64,000 bases of DNA from Eledone cirrhosa (Eukaryota). A program made the position numbers and the translations under genes. The notes under the pieces were generated by a model. The model had not been told where the DNA came from, ran no database searches, and saw only the letters and a list, made by a program, of their open reading frames with translations. The stretch is taken from contig OZ024745.1 of assembly GCA_964016885.1 (NCBI GenBank), positions 80,352,001 to 80,416,000 on the forward strand. The letters are read 5' to 3'. Shown here piece after piece: positions 1 through 19,990 of the stretch; position 1 is the stretch's first letter, and the number at the start of each line of letters is the position of its first letter.

Positions 1-500
1 AAAACCTGGGACATGATAAAATCCGACCTTGCACACTTACACCTCTCTAAGACAATGTCACTGGATCGAGACCCTTGGCGCTACGCAGTAATAAAAAAGA
101 CCCGCCTTCCCTAAGTACAAAATTAAACCTATAGTCAGTAGGCACCTCTTAACCAAATATACACCCCTACTCCATCCTCCCACTCCCACCAACACCATCC
201 TTTCTCTGTAAAGTTAAGTTGGTACCACAGAACATCCAGTCTAAACTAAAGCGGTCGTGTAGATGTCACGACAAAAAAGCACCGTTCATGCTGTAAAGTG
301 GTCCTGTAGAAGAAACGGTAAAAAGGCTCCCAGTCCACACTGTAAATGTGGTTGGTGTTAGCCATAGAAAACCTGCCAGATAGTCCTATACGAGTGAGAC
401 ACGGTCACCCGATCAATCTTGCCTCAAGTGGGACAATTCCCATCTAACCCATGCTAGCATGGAAGATAGACGTTAAACAATGGTGATGATGATGATGATG
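1..500 (+). mobile_element. 3' end of RTE-clade LINE (3'UTR with (GAT)n tail)
   Basis: Matches 52758-53258 and 25370-25898, which follow RT C-terminal coding remnants; ends in gatgatgatg. Confidence 0.8.
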
Positions 501-1233
501 ATATATCCATGTCCACATATATATATATATATCATCATTCCCTGTCTCTACCTGTGGCAGATTTCATACTAACATGACTTCCAAAGTTTACTATATTGTG
601 TGTTGTCATTTAGTTCATATAGATTTAGACCAGACGATTTATAGACATTGTCTTGCAAATGCCTCAGTGACCTACCTCTATTCCTTTTACCCTGAATCAT
701 ACTCTTTGTTAGAATACGTTTTAGAAATACCTTTTTGTAAACGTTTTACATGACCAAAGAGCTTCAGGACTACATATTCCTATAATTCACATTATAGGAA
801 TTAGTTTAGCAGCTTCTAGTAGATCCACAATTTTTATATGAAGTAGTTTGTGGTTTGTCATGAACCTCATTTTAAACGGTGATGATGATGATGATATATA
901 TATAAATATATATACTTCTGCTCCTAACATTAAATTTTAGTAGAGCTGCTTCTTTTTAGACCAAACGCACTGCTATTTCTAGCATTCCCGTTGGTCTGCC
1001 TGTACCCGCATATTATTATTATGTTCAGATCCGCTTTTGAATCTATAGGGACTAGTCATCTATAATACCTTTAGTAAGATGAATTTCTACTGATAATTGA
1101 GTGTTTCATCTTAGGGGTCCTTCTATTTACCATTTCTATTGTGCTCATGAACAGTTGTCTGGAAATTTTAGAATTTTACCATTCTTAAGTAAGTTTTTTT
1201 TACTTCCCAGCCTGTATATATATATTTATTTAA

Positions 1234-2675
1234 GAGCACTGGGAGTTCATAAAAAATAACCTACTAAAAGCGACAGACAAGATCTGAGGTTGGGGAAATA
1301 CTACAGAGAGAAGGAGAGTGACTTGGTGGTGGAGCAATAAGGTAGGTAAAGCAATTAAGGCCAAGAGACAGGCATGGAAACAATGGAAGAACGGGGGGAG
1401 CAGGATACATTACATAGAGACCAGGAGGGAAGCTAGGCGACAAGTATACTTCTGTATGCAGATGAACTTACGCTCATAGTTGAATCTATGGTGGAACTAA
1501 AGAAATTCCATACATGGAAGCAAGGCCTAGAAAGAAGGGGTCTTAAAGTCAACCTGACAAAGACTGAGGTAAGTAGAAGAGAAAACTGAACCCAGATCCC
1601 CTCAGGGAAAGGGCCTTGTTCAGTATGTAGGAAAGGCATTGGTAGAAACTCCATCCTCTGCCCAATATACAAACTGTGGGTACGCAAGAGATGTAGTGAG
1701 ATATTTAGCTAAGAACGTAGGCTTTACATGTAGCAGTTGCACTGGAAGAGTACGCAGCAAACGCCCACTACCAAATTCTCGGAGGGCTCTGTAGAAACAG
1801 TTGACAACTTCTGTTACTTAGGTGACTGAATCAGCAGCGGTGGTGGGTGTTCTGAAAGTACAGTAGCCAGAATAAGAACGGGATAGAGGAAGTTCAGGGA
1901 GCTACTACCAGTGGTGGCTACAAAAGGCTTCTCCTTCAGAAGGAAAGGCAGACTGTATGATGCGTGCATACAAACAGCTATATTGCATGGTAGTGAGGCT
2001 TGGGCACTGACTTGCATAGATTGGAAAGAAATGAAGCCTGCATGCTCTAATGGATGTGTAATAAGTAATATATGAGAACGGTGAAGCATAAATGAACTGA
2101 GGGAGAAACTAGGCATAAGAGGAACCAAATGCAGTGTGCAGGAGAGGATTGCATTGGTATGGACATGTGTTGCATATTGAGGATGACAGCTGCATAAAAA
2201 GTGCAGAGCGCTCAAAGTTGTTGAAAGCCTTGGAGTGGGAAGACCCAGGAAGTCTTGGGATGAGGTGATAAAAGCCAACCATGCCCAATTGTACCTCTGA
2301 AAGGTGATGACACATGACCGAGACCTCTGGCAATATGCAATAATTGAGTAGATCTGACTTCCCATGAGCACAAGCTGAAGCATATATATAGTATGCCCCG
2401 CCCTCCCATACTAGCAGATAAAATGAATGTAAAGACGGAAATGATGATGATGTGTGCATATATGTATATAACATCCAGCCCACACTGTAGTGGACGTGTA
2501 AAAGACACGGCAAAAAGCACCCAGCACACACTGTCAATGTGGTTGGCATTAGGAGCATCTAGCCGTAGAAAACCAGCCAGTAACACTCCTATATAAGCGA
2601 GACAGTCACCCGACCCAACTTGCCTCTAAATGGGACCTGTCTAGCATGGAAGATGGACATTAATCAATGATGATA
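1234..2675 (+). mobile_element. Degenerate, internally deleted RTE LINE (PHD-finger family)
   Basis: Remnants LLYADELTLIVES, CSVCRKGIGRNSILC, YDACIQTAILHGSEAW; same family as 21112-23685. Confidence 0.85.
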
Positions 2676-2784
2676 GTAAGAATCACTCTCATTGCGTTTA
2701 TATAAAACAAACACCTTTGTCTAGACACTTCCTTACTCTCGAATTATATATATACATACATATAATTGTATATACAGTATATAT

Positions 2785-4105
2785 CACCAGGTTGTCCTGT
2801 TGTGGGCAATGCCAAGGTAGGGTGACCTTGTCTTGCTCATACGGGAACTGATTTTGGCTCGATTTCTACAGCTGGATGCCCTTTCTAACACCAACCTCAT
2901 TTAGTGGGAACTAGGTGCTTTCTTTACCATTTTAGTGTGGGCTGGGCGCTTTTTTGTCGCGACACCTCCACAACCACTTTGCAGTGGGGACATCTATACA
3001 TGTGTATACAATTATCTATATCTACATATATCACTTCATCCCAGTTTCCTAGGTCTTGCTCAACCATAGTTTGAGCACCTTTCACCTTTTTATACAGCTG
3101 CTGTCCTCAATATGCATACCACCAATCTCCTTCCCTGTACACTGCATCTGGTCCTTGTCTAGTTTTTCTCTCAGTTCATGTACACTACATTGAAGCTCCA
3201 TTGGTGGTATGCAGTGCCCAGGTCTCACTTCTTTGCAATTGCTGTTCATACACAGGCTTAATATAATTTGCCTTTCATTTTGAGGGGGAAATTAATTTAA
3301 TGACCCAGCTAACAGCTTTCTGAGCATTTGATAGTTTCTTGTGAGGTCCAGCTGTTAAATGCCTGTGCATCAACCACATATAAATCCTACATTGTTAGCT
3401 GCACATCCCATGTGTACCTGTAGTTTTCGTTTGCAACAGAGGATGAAATTTCTACCCACAGAGCAAGGCCATGAGTGCTTGCTGTTTGCCTTTCTTTTAC
3501 TCTTTACCAAGTTGCTTCCATATTTGTAACTTATCTAATGCTGCCACTGATTTGGATGTTGGTTAGATCATGAGCATCTAGCAGTTATAGCCTCGAGGAT
3601 AAGAACAAACCCTACTTATTCTAATCGTTGCTGCCCTCTGGACATGGGTTGCACTATTTATCTATTCAAGCTTTCTAAAAGTACACCAGATTATGGAGCA
3701 AGGAACTGTCAATTGCTGTCGTTAACCTGGTCCCCTATCAATTGAGCTATAACTTTTCTGTAGCCTTTATGACCTGGTCCATCAATTTGATGCCTCTTAG
3801 CTTTTTTGGTCAAGCACATCTTTGCCCTTATATTGGTTTACCAGGTGACCAACAGTCCCTAATGCAGCGATTCTCAACCAGTGTGCCGCAAAATTTTATA
3901 TTCGCCATGTTTTTATTTTGTAAAATTCAAATATTTTTCATATATATTTAGTCAGGTGCTCCGCTATTTTTTCATGTGTTCCAAGGTGTGCCGTTGGCAA
4001 AAAACGGTTGAGAGCCACTGCCCTAATGCCTTCAGTATCTCAGCAACTACCTCCACTGGTCCAGCTGCTTTGCTTGTCTTCATATCAGTAATTGCCCTAC
4101 TACAC
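2785..4105 (-). mobile_element. Highly degenerate RTE LINE remnants, interrupted by a hAT MITE
   Basis: Reverse-complement 3'UTR at 2785-2990 and RT remnants (MKTSKAAGPVE.V.AEILK near 4030-4085). Confidence 0.6.
3865..4020. mobile_element. hAT (Buster/Charlie-type) MITE, 156 bp
   Basis: TIRs CAGCGATTCTCAACC / GGTTGAGAGCCACTG; perfect 8-bp TSD CCCTAATG (3857-3864, 4021-4028) with central TA. Confidence 0.9.
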
Positions 4106-4595
4106 TGCTACTTTCTTTTCAGTGTCAGGACATGCCACTAAATATGCTTCAATTTTTTTGTAACTTGTTGCCTAGTATCTTTGTACTGCTATTCTTTCCA
4201 TTCACCAAGTCAGTTCCCTTCCTGCCTTCAGATAATCTGCTCAGAACACCTACTAATCCTATATTGTTAGGTCTTTATTTCTTACACATTAGAAAATTGA
4301 TAGTTGGAACCTATTTTAGGTCACCCAGGGGTATGGCTATAGTTAGGTAAATGAAGCTCTAGATATTATTTACCCTCTAAGAACAGACATTTCTATAGCA
4401 GGATCAACAGCCAGAACAATGTGGTTTACAGCCATGTCGATAAATTCATAAACCCTTGGAAATTTATCACATGAAAAACACTAACAAAGTAATACTAGAA
4501 ACACATTAATTCTCACAGCTGGAAAGCATCATTTAACCAATAAGCCACAACTATAAAATTGCAAGTACACATTTCCAGGACTGACTTGTCTCAAC

Positions 4596-4789
4596 TGTGT
4601 GTGTGTGTGTGTGTGTGCATATATATATATCTTGCACTACATTCAATGCATTATATTTACTCCATCCAAAAGGTAGAGGCAGGTATGTGTGTGTGTATGT
4701 GTGTATATGTGTGTGTGTGTGTGAGTGTGAGTGTGTGTGAGTGTGTGTGAGTGTGTGAGTGTGAGTGTGTGAGTGTGTGTGTATGTGTA

Positions 4790-4820
<31 letters not shown>

Positions 4821-4836
4821 GCGTGTATGTGTGTGC

Positions 4837-4885
<49 letters not shown>
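4596..4885. repeat. Compound (TG)n/(TGAG)n/(TATG)n/(TA)n microsatellite
   Basis: Direct reading; explains the HT/YI-rich ORFs. Confidence 0.95.
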
Positions 4886-4886
<1 letters not shown>

Positions 4887-7800
4887 TGCATCTAACCTCA
4901 CTCAATGTACTGTATATACTCCATCCATTTTCTTTATACCTAAAAAAGTGGACCTATGATGATTAATGGGATCACAGATCTTTGTATATCAGGGACTACA
5001 ATCCAGTTCAACTCCTTCAGTGGAAAATTAAACTTGATCAAAGGTTCCAGCGTTGACTAGTTTTAAACTCTGGTTTGTGGGATATGTTTGAATTCAGTTA
5101 AAACCTGATTGTGAAATATGCACCAAGTTGCAATGGAGTACACTATAATAGATTGCTTATATAATCTTTTAATATACAACTTATCTACTTAATTTTATAC
5201 TATGTACATTTCTTTGCATCATTAAAATAAAGTGACAATTCTATCTTAAGCTTACCAGAACCTAACATCTTTGACATTGCTACTTTCTTAACACCCTGCA
5301 CTCCATTAAATCACATTTAAGTATATACTCTAATACTGCAAATTTTTTATGTTAAGAATGAAAATCACAAAAGAAAAAGAGCTTGACACAACCCAAATAC
5401 TTGCAAAAGGACAGGCTCCACTAAAAGCAGAATTAGGCAATAGATTGAATTTACCATCCCAAGATTACAAATATACTACCATCTTTTAGCTCTGTAAAAA
5501 TGTAGAATTACAACAGCGCTCAGCATTAAGATTTTGTGAAATGGGATTAATTATTTAAGCAGAAGAAAAATTAGACATTTCAATTAGAAGCCTTTGAGAG
5601 ATTAACTAGTAGCAGTGAATAGATTATGATAATCAAATATAAAGTAACCTATTTGTAACCACATTCCCAACAGTATTTCATTTAACACATTAAAATAATT
5701 TAGCTTTGGTACATTTCAGGTAATTTGGTGCTTAATACATTAATTCTTCTAAAACTTCAGTGTTAAAGTGAGAATTTAAAACATTCACATTAACAAACAA
5801 AATTCATATCTTCAAAGCAAAATAATGTATTCCAATTTACAAACTTTTCAACATGGGCTAATTGCGAGTAGGAGTACTTACTGGGTGTGTAATAAATCTT
5901 AAAATGCTGTGAATGGCATATGTAGTTGGGCAATAGGGACCTCCTTAACTGTCTCTGATTTTACAACAGATCTATGCTATTTCATCATCACCATCATCGT
6001 TTTACGTCCGTTCTTCCACGCTAGCATGGGTTAGATGGGGTATGTATTAACTTGATTGCAGGACACAGCACTATTGTATTAGAATTCAGTTTAATATTGG
6101 AGAGAATAAAGAAAACTAAATCTCAAAATAATTTAAACCTATGTTTGACCATCTGGGGACAAATTTCTACTCCATTTCAAGACTTGCATCCTTAAAAAAA
6201 AAAAAAAGATAACCTACACCCGTCCCATTCATAGAATCAAGTAAATAGAATACGAGTCAACATTAACAGTAATGTACTGAAACTGAAACAAAGAGGCATT
6301 ACCAAACAGCAGCTAGTTAACTTAAAATACTAGTTGAGACAAAACTTGTCTAAAAAATTCATAAACACCATAAATGACAAATGGAAACCAAACAAACTAA
6401 ATTAAAAGACTAAAAGAAAAATTTAATCAGATCAATATCCTATAAAATGATGATACACCTTCACATTTCGTAGCAGAATATATTTTAAAATGGGGGGGGG
6501 GGGTCCCCCTAAAAAAAAAGAAATAGCTACATGGCCGGTCCCAGTAAAAACATGCTTTATAAGCGTATTTTACTTTACCAGTAAGTCCAAAAGGGACGCA
6601 ACTCTAGCCTGGGATACCGGAAGCTTATTTTACCACTAAATGGTGTTTTACAACCCAAGTAGTGATTATTTTTAACCCAGGTGGTGACTTCCTGCTAAAA
6701 TTCGTAAGGCAAGAAACTCTAGATGTGGATGTAACTAAAACGTGACATGTTACAAATGGGCAAAACAAGCAGAATTCTAATGACTAGATTTTAACTTGCA
6801 TTTTAACAATTAGAGGAAAAGATTTCAAATTGTCTTAACTCGAGCCGCAACTCCTGATGTCCAACACTCTTACAGGCTAAATAGCCTGGGAGACTTTTAC
6901 CGAGACAGGCTACATAAGCCTTTTCCAAAAGAAAACATTTCAATCTATCTTGCTTAATTAGAATAGAATAAGTGTTGGAAATGTGGGAGAAATAAAATGA
7001 TTGAAAACATCTGAATAGATAATCTCAAGGATACAATTGAAAGGAAAATTGTGGATAACAAAAACATTGGTTAGCAGAATTTATCTTTAATTTCATCAAA
7101 TTACTTTAGAAATCATCCAACACCGTTGTCACATTGAACGGTTTATTTCAGTTTAGAAATACAGTAGTTTGGTGTCAATTTGTTAATTCCATTTACATTG
7201 ATGACGAGAAAATCGGAATAAAACAAGTTCATCCTCACAAACTGCCTGGTTTTAGGTCGCAGCCAACATTTGACAAATCAGATTTTTAAATATTTGCTAT
7301 GCAAAAGTAAAAATTACTTAGGAACACTGAATGAAGGAGGGGTCAAAGTAAGAGGAAATTATATCAAGATGAATTATGGTAGTTGAGAAATTTTTCATTC
7401 GGTAATAAATTACTCTCTTCATTCATAAAAGTGAACACAATCTTAAAAACATTCTCAAAACCATTATACACGCACCACATTTTATTCTATGTAATGATTG
7501 ATACACAAGTAAACTTACTACAAATTCTATAAAACAAAAATAATTTTTTTTAAACGACCAAAATTGATGAAATGAAAATCATTTGTCTAAAAATAAGTTG
7601 CTAATAATTCAATAAGACATGTTTAAGCATTTAATTGCAAAGCATTGAAGTTAATAAGCAAAAGCTCACTGAACATTAATTTCTTTTAAGAAAAAAAAAA
7701 AAAACCTCTCCATGGCATAGATACAAAAAATACTGACTCTCACAGGGATGATTGCTGCCAGTTCAGATAAAATTCAACTGAATTTAAATAAACCAGAGTT

Positions 7801-8625
7801 GTAAATCAATTAAGAAACTAACAGCTACCCTAAACTAAGAATTTTTAATTCAATCACAGCTATTTCTTAAATTCTAGTGAAAAGCTGAATTCCATTAAAC
7901 TAAAATACCCAAAACAAAAAAAAAGAACTAGATCAATTGGTTAGCTGTGCTTTGTGAATAAAAGCAACACAAAGCATTTTACCATTAAAAGTATTCTACT
8001 GTGTTAAGTAAAAGAACTTGAGAGAAGAGAAACAAAGATGCCCAAATATTGTACAAACTTAGGTGGGTTAGGTGAAGTGTATTAAAGGAGAAAATGTTTC
8101 ATTAATGAAATAACGTAACTGAATGAGGAAAGGAAAGGGAGAGAGAAAAAAAAAAGAAAAGATATCTGAATGTCTTTGTCCTTTATTGAGAAACCCCTGT
8201 TGAAAATGTGATGAATTAATGAATGTGAAGGAAGTCAAAACGTGTTGAAAAGAAAGGGCGGGAAATGTTTTTTTTTTTTTTTTTTTTTCATTTTAGCAAA
8301 AGTACAAAGCAACTCTAAAAGGGTGCCCAAAGTGAAGTGATGGACAGTTTATTGATGACAAAAAAAATTAATAATCAAAAAGGGAGAGAGAAAAAAAAAA
8401 GAGAAAAAATATATATATATATATAGTAGAGGAAAAAATGAAAATAGGGGAGATGAGAAGACATTACTTTTGTCTTGAAACTACAAGAGACAGTGAGAGG
8501 CTGCAGTGGGTCAACAGGAGGAATGTCGATACTGAACCACTTTGTGAGGCTGGTAACAAACTAGCAACTGTCAATACTACACTTAGTACTGCAATAGTAC
8601 CAGTTATGTTGTCAGTGACATCAAT

Positions 8626-13872
<5,247 letters not shown>

Positions 13873-13894
13873 GATCACACGAGTACTGCTGAGA

Positions 13895-13945
13895 AAGATC
13901 TGCGCCTGCGTACTTTAGTCAAGCCAACCGTTGCGCGCCAAGGCA
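13895..13945 (-). promoter_or_regulatory. Probable SET proximal promoter / 5'UTR motifs (NRF1-like TGCGCCTGCG, E2F-like TTGCGCGCCAA)
   Basis: Local CpG-rich patch 30-70 nt upstream of the ATG in otherwise very AT-rich DNA. Confidence 0.5.
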
Positions 13946-15964
13946 AAACTAATCCCCACCAACAAAAACTTACCTTAGTTTTTAAATTATTTTTACAATT
14001 TATTTAAAATTACCACATATCTTAATTAAATTACGTCTAAAAATAACTTTTAATTCTTCGTTTTCGTAAAAGTATTTCAGAAATTAAAAAAAAAAATTAA
14101 GTATTATGTGAATTCTAGAAATTATCACTTGGTTTAGCCTTTCAGTATAATCTAAATATAAAAATTTTTACGAAACGAAAATAATTTTACTTAGAAAATA
14201 TATATAAAATTTAGGTTTTCTCTCTAACTTTCTCCATGCACTGAAATTAATTTTCTTTTCACTTAGAAAATTTAACACTAATTTGTTGATTTTTTTTTTA
14301 TGTTTCCTTATCTGATATGTAAATTTGCATTTTTTTTTTATTTAATGAAAATTCTTTTGTCTGAGATAAATGTTGTCGGTATATAATATATATATTATAT
14401 AGAAGCTTAACCGGTCTCTTGTCCATTGGTACTTACACACCCCAACCATTTTTCAATATTTTACCTTTAAATCTATATTTATTACTGTCGAGATTAATAA
14501 ATACAATTACATAGCGAAATATTCACAAATTTACTCGTCAAAAAAATGTTTAAACCAATTATCGTAAATCCTGCATTGTTATTGACAACTCAATTTCCCG
14601 CCATTTTCACCCAGTAGCTTTACTTACATTTTACAATGTATTGTTTCAGGAAATCAACTAACATGACCAATTTGGGGAAATAAACATATTATTTAAGTTT
14701 TATATCACACTTTCTTATAATAAGAAAATGTTTTATTCAACTATTATTTGCTTGTTCGACATAGACTGTTTATTAAAGAAAACTACTTTTGGTTTAATAT
14801 TTTGCAACAAAAAAAAAGCAGAGTAGGTTGTATAGTAAACGTCAATTAGAGATTTATAATATATTTAACAACTAAAGTGAATGAATATGAAAGATGTAAT
14901 TAAGCTACTTAATGGGAAAAGGCGCTACAACATACACACTTACATGTATATTTTCACATAGATGATATATATATATATATTTATTTATTTGATATCCTGT
15001 ATAAATCCTTATATTTTTACAAGTATTTTTTTTCGATTTGAAAATATTCTATATATTTATAATAAATATATACCTGAAATATATATAGAGAAAGTGAAAC
15101 GTATGTATGTGTATATATATATATATATATATATAAATTATACACATATATATATTGAAATGAATAAGAAAAAATATCTATGTTTAAGTGAGCCGAACAC
15201 AGTTAACTCAGTGACTGATGTTCACAAACAATACTTACAATTATGTAAGAATTTGTTGGTGTGTTTGTTCTTGTATTGTTAACTGCGGAAGTTTATTATT
15301 TATTTGAAGATGAAAAGGTGGTGGCGGGTATATTTGATAGCCTTTTAAAATAATAAATTTAGCGGTACATAAGTTTTGTTCTTTGTTTATATTACAAATA
15401 AATAGAAATGGGTTTATTTTAAACCAAGACACAAACCTAATAATCTGCAACAAAGAAGAATGAATCTATTAAATAAGCTCCATTAATATTTTATTTATTT
15501 ATTCCCATAATATAACTGTATATATTTTATCGAGCCGAAGGGGACGAAGGAAACAACAGTGGACAAGGGTTAGAGTTTGAAACAGAAAATAAAATTTTAA
15601 AATCATTCTTATGATAAGGAAATAATTGTTTCTACTTTTGGCACAAGGCCAGCAATTACCCAGTACATTACTGTAAGGAAATAATAATAATGATTTATTT
15701 ATTCATAATGATAATGATGGTGATAATGTTTCTTTATTAGCCAAACTGGTCAATATTATCACTTCAGTTTTAAAATATGCAAATAATATATCTTCATCAA
15801 TATCTAAAGACTTTTATTGTTAACAGTTTACTTTGACAGTTATATAAATGCTTTGATAAATCTGTTGAGCTAAGAAGCTAAAAAAGTGTTAAAGCTTTCT
15901 TTCCATCACTCCCCTCCCCCCATCTCTCTCTCTCTGTATATATACTTTATATATATATATAAAG

Positions 15965-16220
15965 TAGTTATGTAATAAACAACATAAGATAATTATTTCA
16001 TTTACCAATGGTTTCTTGAAGACATACTTATGTCTGTCTTCATTCATCAGAATATTTTTTTATTATTTTCTGATCGATGAAGACAGACATAAGTATCTGT
16101 CTTCAAGAAACCATTGGTAAATGAAATAATTATCTTATGTTGTTTATTACATAACTAAAAAGCTCTGTAGCCTACATAGAGCACTCTCTTCTCCTTTACC
16201 TTTCCTACGGAAATACTTCA
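15965..16220. mobile_element. Penelope-like (pLTR-derived) hairpin element with hammerhead motifs, inserted in (TA)n
   Basis: Near-perfect inverted repeat 15965-16157 plus a unique 60-bp tail; second copy at 20756-21080. Confidence 0.7.
15999..16054 (-). ncRNA. Type I hammerhead ribozyme motif (minimal, PLE-type)
   Basis: Minus strand reads tatt-CTGATGA-A-TGAAGACA..TGTCTTCA-A-GAAAC-CATTG-GTA-aatg; core intact, 10.1/11.1 is an A.A mismatch. Confidence 0.6.
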
Positions 16221-16280
16221 TATATATATATAAAGTATATAATTTTCAAGTTACACCTATATAATATGTTCTGTTTTAAC

Positions 16281-16282
<2 letters not shown>

Positions 16283-16330
<48 letters not shown>

Positions 16331-16460
16331 TTATATATATATTTATATATATATTTATATATATATATTTATATATGTAGGAGGTGAGTTTTATTGTAGT
16401 ACAATAAAGCAATGCAGATATCGGATAAGAAGCACTCTACAGTTTATATATTTATATATA

Positions 16461-16533
<73 letters not shown>

Positions 16534-16615
16534 TACACATATATATATGGCATTGTTAAATATGCTGGGTCCGCAACTCCTTATTATATATATATATATT
16601 TATATAGTGTGTATG

Positions 16616-16655
<40 letters not shown>

Positions 16656-16705
16656 CACACACACACTATATATTTATATAGTATGTGTGTGTGTGTGTGT
16701 GTCAG
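16283..16705. repeat. (TA)n/(CA)n/(TG)n microsatellite cluster
   Basis: Direct reading. Confidence 0.95.
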
Positions 16706-17589
16706 TATGTACGTATATGGCGCGCGTGTGAGTGTAGCTATACATGTATGTGAGTATAAAATATATAAGAATGACAGTTTGAAATCTGAAATAAAACGTT
16801 CACGATCGAAAACATGTTTAAATGTCTGATTGATATGTATCTACTATCTCTGTCCCACACCATCGCGCGCGCGCACACACACACACAAAATATTGTCTAT
16901 TTTCGAATTTTCTTCACTTTCGCTTTACCTTATTCAATCTTTCAAGCAGTATTTCAATACTATCTACTTATTACTATTACTAGTTACTATTATTTCTAAT
17001 GTCCATATATACATACACACATACATTTTTGAGCATTCTTATCGTCGTCTTTTCTCTTCACAAAATATTTTCTCCCATCTTTCACTCAGGTTTTAAGCAT
17101 ATCACTCTAAATAAACTATATCAGATATTTGTTTTTTTACAGTTGGTTTTCAATAACGATGTAATTCTGATATATTAATTATATATCAAATAAATATAAA
17201 TATATTGATGGTTGCCACCCAGTTAAAGAGCTTCTGCTGTAAAATAATATTTCTAAACAAAGAAATAGATAAACTATTTGGTATAAATTATGTAATGGAT
17301 ATGATATAAACATAACTATAAACAGATATATTTGAAAACTGATTAATTTGGGGGCAAAACCTGCAATATATGTGATTAAATTATTGCATCACTTAAAATG
17401 TTTGTTGAATTTTTTTCTGTTTGACAAATATTAATCTCTAGCGAGTTCCCTCCGACCATACGATATGTCAGCCAATGTTTTACTTTCAACCGTTGTTGAA
17501 CTCATCTTAGGTTTTTATACCAATAACACTTTAAAAGCAAACCCACAATCGCATGATAAATGGTCGTTAATTTTATTTAATAATGAGTT

Positions 17590-17790
17590 CTTTTTTTAGG
17601 CAAAGGACAGTGATTTGCGGGAGAGCAAAAGTCGATTATATGGACGACAGTATATCACTGGTACTTTGTTTTATCGACAAGGCAAAGTTGACCTCAGCGT
17701 GATTTGAACTCAGAATGTAGAAAGTCGTAACTAAATACCACAACGTTTTTTGTCCGATGCTTTACCGATTCTGCCAATCTACCACCCTTA
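17590..17790 (-). mobile_element. Nin/Deu-domain-like tRNA SINE, diverged
   Basis: ctggtactttgttttatcgac...ggcaaagttgacctcagcgtgatttgaactcag. Confidence 0.75.
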
Positions 17791-19990
17791 ATTTCAGTGA
17801 CTAATCAATCCTATTGATACTTAGAGAGTATATTTACTTAAACAATATCGTTAATCATCATTTCCATAATTATAACATGTACAATCCGTATATGTTTTCA
17901 CGACTCTGGTCGTGAAAACTGATAAAAAGTTTCTTTCCCAGATATCAAAAATAATTGGCTTGGCTGCAATGCTGTTTGTAGTAGAAAGAATTTTTTTTTC
18001 CACAAATAAGTAGATGATAACCCTTCGTTAATATTATTCATAGTAATTCGTTTTGGCAATAGACACTGCCTTCTATCTGAGACCACGACCACCAATATTT
18101 ATGTTGAACTTCTAGCTATTTTCAATAAATTTTCTTCAAGTTTTGACCATTTCACAATGTCAAATTGCTTTTCCTTTTTGGTAATTCATAAGAGACAGCT
18201 TTGGGTTTTTACCCACTTTTCTTGGAGATATCTCATACACAACCAGTTTCTTTATATTCTTCAGTATATTTCATAGACATCTTTCAGTTTAAATCCTAAT
18301 ACATAATAACACTTCAGTGATTTACCAACCATACGATCTTGATAAAAATACAAAGTACCACAGAGAAATCTTAATCAAAATAACTTTGAAAATATAATAC
18401 TATTTCCTAAATCATTAACATTTATATATATTTTAATCTTCATAAAATACAATTTGTGGACAAACTAGTTGAGAGTGTATTACAACAAAATTATTTCTAC
18501 TTGGTTGATTACGAAACAAGAGTGGTAATAGAAGAGAGATCATTTGTATTTTTAACTTGAAATTTAATTTGTACTCTCCAGTTTTTAACTGTGCTTTTCA
18601 GATAACACAGTTATATTCACTGCAATTATTGCCCTATATAACTTAATGAAGGCTTTTGGTAAATCCCCAAAAGCATTGATTACGCAAAAGCATTCACTGT
18701 TGCATAATAACAGAATTTTGGAGAGGGTCGGTCAAATGAAAACTTAAGTAATATCTGCGATGAATATCAGATTTTAGATACCTTCATTTCATATACCATT
18801 GGTTGCATTTCATATTCATTGGGGTGAACGCCGTGAACAATTGCTGTGACCAGATCACGATCCAGTCTCAATTATTGATTTCTTTCAGTTTATTTCGCAT
18901 ATGGTGTTACTGTCCTTGTGAACGGAATAAATATTAAGAAATGCCATTCATCCCCCTTCAAAGAGAAATTATACATAAGACTAGCTAGTCTGAAACCTAG
19001 AAGCTCGGATATGATTTAACAGGGCTTAGATTATCACCTTTTGTGACAACATCCAATTGTGCACTCATCTATCAATGTCTACTAACAGGGGGGCAAAGAA
19101 TTAAGTAAAATTCACACATACACACTGAATATAGCAAAGTAGTACACACAATAGGAACGGTGAACAAAACCATCTATCAGTCATTCCTGAGCAATGCAAT
19201 TTCGTGCATAAGGGTGGTATTGCATAATATTAACCGTAGGTTGCGCAACGGCTTTCGTTTGAAAAGCTCGTACAGAGCTAAATATACGGTCATCTGTAAT
19301 GTATTTTAATGTAATCTCCACCATAATGGTTTTTTTCTTGAAGTCTGTAAACGGTTTTTTTCTTGAAGTCTGTAAACATTAAAATCTGAGTAAATGATTC
19401 TAAAATATTTAATCTCTGTCTACAGTGTCGTCCATCTGTTTGACTCATTACCAATCTCTCTATCTATCTATTTATGCTGGTGGCAAGGTTTGCTTCAATT
19501 TGGTGGTAGTTTTTAATTTCAGATTCCACCAGTATTCCTTAGTGTCATCTATCTGAACATATTCTTCCCTATTTGTTTTTAATTTATTTTCTTTTGTGCA
19601 TTCTAGATGGTTCTAGCTATCACCTCGTGTCTCAGAGGGAGGTACTAACGAGATGACATTCTTTCACCGTTGGTAATAATGTGGCTAACATCTTTGATCT
19701 TTGTTTTGCATAGCCTACTTTTATTGTTGACCGATGGTCCTCCTCTTTTGTATAGTAGATATTTGGTAGGGATTTCTTGTTCCTGTATTGTTATAAACTT
19801 GTCTGAACTCTATGCCAGGTTGTTTTTTTATGATTTATCCCCTCTGTGGTCTGTATTTTTTGTCTCAGGTACCCATGCACAACTTTCTCTGTGAATTGGT
19901 CTATTTTTTAAAATCTTGTTCGAGCATTGAATAGTATCTTCCAATGTTCCTGTATGTATGTATATATGTATGTATCTAATGTATCTATGT

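Noticed and set aside
4551-4966. ORFs rich in HT/YI/CV dipeptides (also at 16266-16681, 20469-20846, 52092-52304)
   Set aside because: Translations of dinucleotide microsatellites.
17890-18360. Possible decayed DDE transposase on the minus strand
   Set aside because: Coding-like composition but no catalytic motif or TIR could be identified by eye.
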